Assembly: GCA_021813145.1 (NCBI GenBank)
Contig: JAKALS010000004.1
Location: 72,594-136,593, forward strand
Direction: 5' to 3'
Source: a bacterium
Lineage (GTDB): Bacteria > Patescibacteriota > Microgenomatia > Levybacterales > UBA12049
DNA length: 64,000 nucleotides
The translations under genes and the position numbers were made by a program. Shown here piece by piece: positions 57,646 through 64,000 of this stretch (the first letter of the stretch is position 1; every line of letters begins with the position of its first letter). The notes beneath the pieces were generated by a model. The model was not told where the DNA came from and did no database searches. It was given only the letters and a program-made list of their open reading frames with translations.

Positions 57646-58962
57646 ATGCAAAACTTAAACATTGTCTATTCGGACATTTCCCAGCTTAAACCCGCTACAT
57701 ATAATCCGAGGGCTTGGAATGATGAGGCAATAAAGCAACTTACGGAAAGTATTAAACGTTTCGGATTAGTAGACCCTATTATCGTAAACGGTTCTAAAGA
57801 AAGATTTAATATTGTAATTGGTGGACATTTTAGACTTAAGGTTGCCAAGGATCTAGGATATGCTGAAATCCCCTGTGTCTATGTAAATATCCCTGACATT
57901 GAGAAAGAAAAGGAATTAAATCTTCGATTAAACCGTAATGTCGGTGAATGGGACTGGGATTTACTTTCCGAATTTGGAGAAAACTTGCTTTCAGACGTTG
58001 GCTTCTCTAGTGAAGAACTGGATGATATTTTTCAAATTGAAGAAACACCCGAGCAATTTGACCTTTGGAAAGAACTACAAAAATTAAATATCACTAAAAT
58101 TGCGACTCAAAAGGGGGACGTATATAAGCTAGGTGAAAATAGATTAATGTGTGGAGATAGCACCATAGAAAGTGATGTGCTGAAACTAATGAACGGTGAA
58201 CAAGCGGATATGTGCTTCACGGATCCTCCGTATCTTTTAGATTATCTCCACGGAAAGAAAAAGAAGGGTAAAGTAACCGAGGGTTTTGGAGCAAAAAGAG
58301 ATAGAAAATATCTTGAAACAGACGTACTTCCTCCTGATTTTACAGAAAAGTGGATGACAAACATCGCCAAAATCCAAAAGCTAGATTTCTCAATCATAAT
58401 TTTTGAAAATCCCAAGAACTTAAGGACAATTTGGTGTGAACTTGAGAAACATTGGAGATACAGAAATACAATTGTTTGGCATCTTCCAAATAGAATGCAA
58501 GGATTTGCCGCAAAATATAAGTTCTTCAATAAACATGACATTGCTCTAGTTGGGACAAGTGGCGATATTGGTTTAAACCTTGCTAGCGAAGACGAACTGT
58601 TTCAGAATGAATATGAAAATGCTCTATACGCAACTTCCGGAAAACCACACTGGGAAGGATATGAAAAAGGAAAGAAAATCCAACCAAGTGATTTTATTGA
58701 ATTTGTTGCTTCAGACGAAAAACACTCAGGACAAGGAATAATTTTCGGCACCAAACCTATCGAGGTTCTTATTCCTTATCTTAAGGTTTTAACAAAACGC
58801 GGAGATTTGGTAATTGAACCATTTGGTGGTAGCGGTAGTACGCTTATCGCCAGCGAAAAACTTAGAAGACGCTGCTTCATTATGGAGAAATCACCTGTCT
58901 ATGCGGAAGTAATCATAAAACGCTGGGAAAAGTTAACTGGACAAAAAGCAATAAAAATGTGA
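57646..58962 (+). CDS. ParB-like nuclease domain fused to N6-adenine/N4-cytosine DNA methyltransferase (phage-type orphan MTase)
   Basis: ParB N-terminus 'VDPIIVNGSKERFNIVIGGHFRLKVAK'; 'DPPY' (MCFTDPPY) and 'FGGSGST' MTase motifs. Confidence 0.8.
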   Translation: MQNLNIVYSDISQLKPATYNPRAWNDEAIKQLTESIKRFGLVDPIIVNGSKERFNIVIGGHFRLKVAKDLGYAEIPCVYVNIPDIEKEKELNLRLNRNVGEWDWDLLSEFGENLLSDVGFSSEELDDIFQIEETPEQFDLWKELQKLNITKIATQKGDVYKLGENRLMCGDSTIESDVLKLMNGEQADMCFTDPPYLLDYLHGKKKKGKVTEGFGAKRDRKYLETDVLPPDFTEKWMTNIAKIQKLDFSIIIFENPKNLRTIWCELEKHWRYRNTIVWHLPNRMQGFAAKYKFFNKHDIALVGTSGDIGLNLASEDELFQNEYENALYATSGKPHWEGYEKGKKIQPSDFIEFVASDEKHSGQGIIFGTKPIEVLIPYLKVLTKRGDLVIEPFGGSGSTLIASEKLRRRCFIMEKSPVYAEVIIKRWEKLTGQKAIKM

Positions 58963-59369
58963 AAACAGATAAAAACAAACAAATATTAATTGATCAACTA
59001 AGAAAAACGCCGATTATTCAAATCGCTTGCGAAAAATCAGGAATTGGACGAGCAACATATTATCGTTGGAAAAAAGACGATGCAAAATTTTGCGAAAACG
59101 CAGACGAAGCTTTGCAAGAAGGAAGCTTGTTGGTTAATGATATTGCGGAATCTCAGTTAATGAGTGCAATTAAGGATAAAAATATAACTGCAATAATCTT
59201 TTGGCTTAAACACCATCACCCAAATTACGCGACCAAAGTAGAAGTTACTGCAAGACTTAAGGCAGACAATGAAACTTTAAGCCCAGAGCAAGAAGCTTTA
59301 GTAACTAAGGCTTTACAAATTGCGGCTCTAATTCCAAAAGTAAAGGAGGAAGAAAAGCATGATACCTAA
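58959..59369 (+). CDS. Phage terminase small subunit-like HTH protein
   Basis: 136 aa, 'IACEKSGIGRATYYRWKKDD' HTH; immediately upstream of and overlapping the large terminase. Confidence 0.45.
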   Translation: MKTDKNKQILIDQLRKTPIIQIACEKSGIGRATYYRWKKDDAKFCENADEALQEGSLLVNDIAESQLMSAIKDKNITAIIFWLKHHHPNYATKVEVTARLKADNETLSPEQEALVTKALQIAALIPKVKEEEKHDT

Positions 59370-60867
59370 TTTAACTGAAAATGAATTACTCGAGATAAAA
59401 AATAAAAGAGTTGTCAGAAGAAACCTTGCAAAAAATAGTCATTTTTGGTTTTTCTCCATTTATCTTAGTCACTATATTAAATTCCCCTTTGCCGCTTTTC
59501 ATCATGAAATGTTTCGTATTACCGAAGATTTACTTCTTCGTTTTGTTGTGCTAGTTGCTTTTAGAGGCTCTGGCAAATCAACCATTATGACTTTGTCTTA
59601 CGTAATTTGGTCAATAGTCGGATTACAAAAGAGAAAATTTGTTCTCATCTTAAGCCAGACACAAAATCAAGCCAAAACACACATGGCAAATATCAAAAGA
59701 GAGTTGGAATCTAATGAATTGTTAAAAGCGGACATCGGGCCATTTGAAGAGATAAGCGATGAATGGGGTTCAAATTCAATTGTTCTTTCAAACTTTGGCG
59801 CAAGGATTACTATTGCCTCAACAGAACAAAGTATTAGAGGGTTAAGACATGGTGAACACAGACCGGATTTAGTTATTTGTGACGATGTAGAAGACTTAAA
59901 TAGCGTTAAAACTAGAGAAGGACGGGATAAAACATTTCAGTGGTTAACAGGAGAAGTTTTACCAATCGGAGACCAGAATACCAAGATTTTAATTATTGGT
60001 AATCTTTTACACGAAGACAGCCTTTTAATGAGACTCAGGCAGGCAATTGAAAATGAAAGAATTAATGGAAGATTTTACTCTTATCCTTTACTCGATGACG
60101 ACGATCAAATTTCTTGGCCCGGGAAATATAAAACATTAAAAGATATCGAAGATTTAAAAAAGTCTATTGCTTCAGATTCGGCTTTCTCAAGAGAATATCT
60201 ATTAAAAATTATTTCTGAGGATGATAGGCTGGTTAGGCCGGAGTGGGTTCAGTATTACGATGTTCTTCCTAACCAAGAAGGAAATAACTTTCGAGAAACA
60301 GCAACTGGAATTGATTTAGCAATCTCTGAAAAAGAGTCAGCGGACTGTACAGCAATGGTTTCAGCAAAAGTTTTTGGTTACGGAGACGATTTAAAAGTGT
60401 ACATACTTCCAGATCCTATAAACGCAAGAATGGATTTCCCCACAACCTTAGAATCGGCCATAACTCTATCAAAAGGGTTAGGAACTTATTATCCGACAAA
60501 ACTATACATAGAAGAAGTTGGTTATCAGTCCTCTTTAATACAAAGCTTAGTCAGTAAAAACATTCCGGCCGAGGGAGTAAAGGTAGCAGGTCAAGATAAA
60601 AGGGCAAGACTGGCATTGGTTACGCACATGATTCAACAAGGTAAGGTTTTATTTCCAAGAACCGGTGCTGAACAATTAATTGAACAGCTAACAGGTTTTG
60701 GAATTGAAAAACACGATGATTTAGCAGATGCCTTTGCAATACTTATGTTAAAAATTCTTGAAATGGAAAGCCAAGCGGAACCAAGAATCACTATTTTAGA
60801 AGTTGGAAGTATGTTTGGAGATTCTCCGTTTGATTACAAACCTATCACTATAGATACAATTTTCTAG
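59359..60867 (+). CDS. Phage terminase large subunit
   Basis: Walker A 'AFRGSGKST', Walker B 'LVICDDVED', C-terminal RNaseH-like nuclease acidic residues 'GIDLAIS...ADCTAMV'. Confidence 0.8.
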   Translation: MIPNLTENELLEIKNKRVVRRNLAKNSHFWFFSIYLSHYIKFPFAAFHHEMFRITEDLLLRFVVLVAFRGSGKSTIMTLSYVIWSIVGLQKRKFVLILSQTQNQAKTHMANIKRELESNELLKADIGPFEEISDEWGSNSIVLSNFGARITIASTEQSIRGLRHGEHRPDLVICDDVEDLNSVKTREGRDKTFQWLTGEVLPIGDQNTKILIIGNLLHEDSLLMRLRQAIENERINGRFYSYPLLDDDDQISWPGKYKTLKDIEDLKKSIASDSAFSREYLLKIISEDDRLVRPEWVQYYDVLPNQEGNNFRETATGIDLAISEKESADCTAMVSAKVFGYGDDLKVYILPDPINARMDFPTTLESAITLSKGLGTYYPTKLYIEEVGYQSSLIQSLVSKNIPAEGVKVAGQDKRARLALVTHMIQQGKVLFPRTGAEQLIEQLTGFGIEKHDDLADAFAILMLKILEMESQAEPRITILEVGSMFGDSPFDYKPITIDTIF

Positions 60868-61073
60868 AATAGGTCAGATAAGGAGACTTTAAGAGCTTTT
60901 GCTATTTTATCAATCGTTTGAACAGGTGGGTTACTAAGACCCCTTTCAATCCTACTAACAGTTGTGTAGTGTAGTCCGACTTTATCAGCCAAATCTTCTT
61001 GGGTCATCTTTTTATCTTTCCTTGCCCTTTTAATCCTTTTTCCTAATTTCTCATTGACTCTATATTTTCTCAT
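60864..61073 (-). CDS. XRE-family (Cro/CI-type) HTH transcriptional regulator
   Basis: 'MTQEDLADKVGLHYTTVSRIERG' canonical HTH_3. Confidence 0.8.
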   Translation of the reverse strand: MRKYRVNEKLGKRIKRARKDKKMTQEDLADKVGLHYTTVSRIERGLSNPPVQTIDKIAKALKVSLSDLF

Positions 61074-61184
61074 AGTAATAAAGTAATGAATCTAAGAATA
61101 AAAATGTATAGCGTCAGACGCTTTATTTAGCCTTGACTTTATGCTTAAATATAAGTAATATGTCATCAATAGGCACGAAAGGAG

Positions 61185-61697
61185 GTGATAAGAATGGAAG
61201 AAAAGAAAAAGAATTGGTTTATGCGACATAAAATTATCACTGGGATTTTAGTTTTTATTGTATTAGTTGGCGTATTGGGCGCAGCAGGTAGTAAGTCGGG
61301 AAACTCCGGAAGCAACAATCAATCTAGTTCAGCAAGTAATAGCGCTCCAACGCAAGCAGTCCAACAGCCACCTACGGTTGTTGTTGCAACAGCTCTTGTC
61401 GGAGATTATGATAAAAACAAACTCTCGGCACAAGATAAATATACGGGCAAAACCGTTCAGACAACTGCATACATAGATAATATCAGCGATGATATTACTG
61501 GAAATTACTATTTATCTTTGCATCCAACAAATGACCAGTATTACGCAGGAACAAGTATTTCCTGCTACTTTGCAGATAAATCTGCGAAATCTGAATTAAC
61601 GTCTTTGCAAAACGGTCAATCAGTGACGGTGCAAGGAACAATGGCAGATATGTCGTTAGGGATTGTAGTAATGAACGATTGTAAAGTCGTGAAATAG
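61185..61697 (+). CDS. Hypothetical membrane-anchored secreted protein
   Basis: N-terminal TM helix, Ser/Asn-rich linker; followed by a terminator. Confidence 0.5.
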   Translation: MIRMEEKKKNWFMRHKIITGILVFIVLVGVLGAAGSKSGNSGSNNQSSSASNSAPTQAVQQPPTVVVATALVGDYDKNKLSAQDKYTGKTVQTTAYIDNISDDITGNYYLSLHPTNDQYYAGTSISCYFADKSAKSELTSLQNGQSVTVQGTMADMSLGIVVMNDCKVVK

Positions 61698-61719
61698 GTA
61701 ATAGAATTATTCTATTAAG

Positions 61720-61745
61720 AAAACCTCTGGGCAAGGGGTTTTCTT
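61720..61745 (+). terminator. Intrinsic terminator after the 61185-61697 gene
   Basis: AAAACCTCT-GGGCA-AGGGGTTTT stem-loop followed by a TTC-interrupted T-run. Confidence 0.5.
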
Positions 61746-61800
61746 ATGTCTTCTACTGGACTTCCTCTCTTTTCTGCGGTACTGTTGACCTATAAATAGG

Positions 61801-63087
61801 ATGAGTATAAATAGTATCCAAAACAATGAGAATATCCTGTATTGTCTGTATGCTCGAAAATCTACAGAAGATGACGAAAGACAAGCTATGTCGATAGACT
61901 CCCAGATCAAAGAAATGACAGAAATGGCATTAAAAGAAGGAATAATTATTAAAGAAATTCGTCAGGAAAAACACTCTGCAAAGCTTTCAGGACAAAGACC
62001 AATATTTAACTCCCTTCTCCAAGACATACGAAACGGAGTATTTACTGGAATCCTTACTTGGGCACCAGACAGATTAAGTAGAAATGCCGGGGATTTAGGA
62101 ATGTTGGTAGATTTAATGGATCAAGAGAAATTACAAAAGATTAAAACGTATTCTCAAACATTTTCCAATAATCCTAATGAAAAATTCTTATTGATGATTT
62201 TATGTTCTCAGGCAAAACTTGAAAACGACCAGAAAGGAATAAATGTTAAAAGAGGCATTAGAGCAAAGTGCTCAATGGGATGGCGCCCGGGAATTGCGCC
62301 ACTCGGATACATGAATAGAGCTTTTGGAGGTGTAAAGGATATAATCGTTGATCCAAAGCGAGGACCAGTTGTAAAAGAAATGTTCGAGAGGGTTGCGTAT
62401 AGACAACAAAGTGGAAGAAGAATAAAAGAATGGATGGATAAAATTGGTTTTACCACCAGAAACGAAAAGAAAATACAAATTAGCTTAATCTATCTTATGC
62501 TTCGTAATCCATTTTATTACGGATATTTCGAATACTCAGGGGACTGGCATAAGGGAGCACATGAACCGTTAATTACAAAAGAAGTATTTGATGAGGCACA
62601 AAAAGAGCTAGATGAAAGATGCATTCCAAAAGTCAGAGGCAAAACAGAATTCCCATACAAAGGATTATTTAATTGTTATACTTGCGGAACGTCTGTCTGT
62701 GGGGAGGAAAAATATAGGAAAAAGAAAAATGGATCAACCAATTATCATGTTTATTATCACTGCACAAGATCTAGGAATCCTAACTGTAAGGAACCATATG
62801 TAACTGAAATAGATTTAATAAAGTTAATTAAGCAAAATATCCTTAACCTATCAGAGGAGACATTAAAAGAGAATTTAACATCTAATATTATTGATGAACT
62901 CTATAAATATCAGCCTATTGTTGAGGAAATAGAGTTTTACAAAAGAGATGACATTGAATACGACGGGAAGGTGGATCTGAAAGACATTATTGTTTACGCT
63001 TGCAGCAAATCCCCGATTAAATTTAGAAGAGAATTAATTCAGAGTCTTCCGATTCCTAAAAACCTACACAATCTTCTGCTTATTTAA
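61801..63087 (+). CDS. Large serine recombinase (resolvase/invertase catalytic domain + recombinase domain + zinc ribbon)
   Basis: 'LYCLYARKSTEDDERQAMSIDSQ' catalytic Ser block; 'CYTCGTSVCGEE...YHCTRSRNPNC' Zn-ribbon; 428 aa. Confidence 0.85.
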   Translation: MSINSIQNNENILYCLYARKSTEDDERQAMSIDSQIKEMTEMALKEGIIIKEIRQEKHSAKLSGQRPIFNSLLQDIRNGVFTGILTWAPDRLSRNAGDLGMLVDLMDQEKLQKIKTYSQTFSNNPNEKFLLMILCSQAKLENDQKGINVKRGIRAKCSMGWRPGIAPLGYMNRAFGGVKDIIVDPKRGPVVKEMFERVAYRQQSGRRIKEWMDKIGFTTRNEKKIQISLIYLMLRNPFYYGYFEYSGDWHKGAHEPLITKEVFDEAQKELDERCIPKVRGKTEFPYKGLFNCYTCGTSVCGEEKYRKKKNGSTNYHVYYHCTRSRNPNCKEPYVTEIDLIKLIKQNILNLSEETLKENLTSNIIDELYKYQPIVEEIEFYKRDDIEYDGKVDLKDIIVYACSKSPIKFRRELIQSLPIPKNLHNLLLI

Positions 63088-63398
63088 GAATGCAATATGC
63101 TATATGGCCTAAATGGTTCGAATCCGAGAAGTCTGATTAAGTAAATTTTAGCTTCAAAATAGCATTTTGGGGGAGTTAGAACCAAAAAATCTACAGCATG
63201 AGTTATACAAGATTAGCTTACTATCATAATCTAATCTTAAGTGGTGCTTTCGTTCGAGCACAGTTCTGCTGGCGAACTTGCCCGTAGGTGGAACCAGATT
63301 TTACCTAGCTTTTTAGCTACCTTTGAGAAACTCAAGAATCTTGGCTTCACCTACTACAATGGCAACGTCTCTGTTATTTTACCAGAAAAGGAGGAAAA

Positions 63399-63848
63399 AT
63401 GAATTCCCTTCTCTCTTCCGGACTTTTTGACGAAAAGACCTTTTATCAAGTCTTTATTCAAGACTTAGAAAACAGTAAAGAGGAAGTGTTTATTGAAAGC
63501 CCGTTTATAACAACAGAACGGACAAAACCCCTTATTCCCCTATTCAATAAATTGCTTGAAAAAGGAGTGAGAATATACGTAATGACAAGAGATCCAAAAG
63601 AACACGAGGAAAAAATGGAATATCAATCAGAAGAAATAATATCCTGTTTTGAAAGACTTGGAATACAGGTTTTACTCTGTATCGGAAATCATCATAGAAA
63701 ACTGGCAATAATTGACAGAAATATTTTATGGGAAGGAAGTCTTAATATTCTTTCCCAAAACAATAGCCGGGAGATAATGAGAAGAATAGAAGGTGAAGAG
63801 TTGTCTTTGGAAATGTTTAATTTCCTTAAGCTTTACAAATTTATTTAA
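63399..63848 (+). CDS. Single-HKD phospholipase-D-family nuclease (Nuc/BfiI-like)
   Basis: 'HHRKLAIIDRNILWEGSLN' = HxK(x4)D(x6)GS motif; 149 aa. Confidence 0.7.
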   Translation: MNSLLSSGLFDEKTFYQVFIQDLENSKEEVFIESPFITTERTKPLIPLFNKLLEKGVRIYVMTRDPKEHEEKMEYQSEEIISCFERLGIQVLLCIGNHHRKLAIIDRNILWEGSLNILSQNNSREIMRRIEGEELSLEMFNFLKLYKFI

Positions 63849-64000
63849 CGAATATATACTACGGCTATGAGTTACGAAATAAACGAAAAAGATATTCAAA
63901 GCATTATTAATTTCTTAAAGAAAACCGATCCGGAAAATGCCACTCCTGAAATGGCAATAGCTATTTTGGAACATCTTCAAAAAACTTTTCATTCTTTAAG

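Larger units (their letters stand above)
54442..64000. mobile_element. Phage-like integrated element or prophage remnant (continues past the window end); left boundary uncertain
   Basis: Clustered ParB-MTase, terminase small/large, XRE repressor, large serine recombinase and PLD nuclease genes, a degenerate tRNA T-arm fragment at 63115-63125, flanked by the lexA-NTase-nuclease module; no capsid or portal genes within the window. Confidence 0.45.

Noticed and set aside
61791-61814. 9-nt direct repeat TATAAATAG (twice, 15 nt apart) at the recombinase start as a possible att core
   Set aside because: It is a very short AT-rich word in an AT-rich genome, and the second copy is simply the codons for S-I-N. 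It is insufficient evidence on its own.
63115-63125. Second tRNA gene suggested by a GGTTCGAATCC T-loop consensus downstream of the serine recombinase
   Set aside because: Flanking sequence cannot form T-stem, acceptor or anticodon arms. It is kept only as a possible integration-site remnant.

Overview
This 64-kb window is from a low-GC bacterium. Strand-coherent operons, overlapping stop/start codons, strong AAGGAGG-type Shine-Dalgarno sites mixed with apparently leaderless genes behind extended -10 boxes, and archaeal/eukaryotic-type TrpRS and AspRS together suggest a reduced-genome, possibly CPR/Patescibacteria-like organism (inference only). 1-11 kb: a two-component system, RF2, the FtsE-FtsX-coiled-coil hydrolase division module and a tsaE-tsaC-tsaB(short) cluster. 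11-20.7 kb: a large nucleotide-sugar and glycosylation locus (dTDP-6-deoxyhexose, UDP-GlcA/UDP-Xyl and GDP-D-rhamnose branches, a GT2-GtrA polyprenyl-phosphate glycosyltransferase and a GT-C transferase). 20.7-40.5 kb: housekeeping genes (secDF, metK, cca, recJ, aspS, gltX, dgkA, tRNA-Gln). 41-45 kb: an unusual nucleotide-centred cluster (NDK-domain fusion, B12-radical SAM, NUDIX, P-loop kinase). 45.5-53.4 kb: an aminoacyl-tRNA/D-amino-acid themed cluster (YbaK, Asp/Glu racemase, TrpRS plus a class-I aaRS-like paralog, degenerate M28-like, VanX-like M15 dipeptidase, MR/MLE epimerase). From about 54.4 kb to the window end there is a mobile, phage-like region. At its left edge sits the most interesting candidate, a LexA-headed four-gene operon (lexA, YjzC-like microprotein, minimal Pol-beta-type nucleotidyltransferase, PD-(D/E)xK nuclease). 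It looks like an SOS-gated signalling or abortive-infection module. It is followed by ParB-DNA methyltransferase, terminase small/large subunits, an XRE repressor, a large serine recombinase and a PLD-family nuclease. No rRNA or CRISPR array is present; one tRNA (Gln-UUG) was found by hand folding. All functional calls rest on motif recognition in the translated ORFs and should be confirmed by HMM/BLAST searches.
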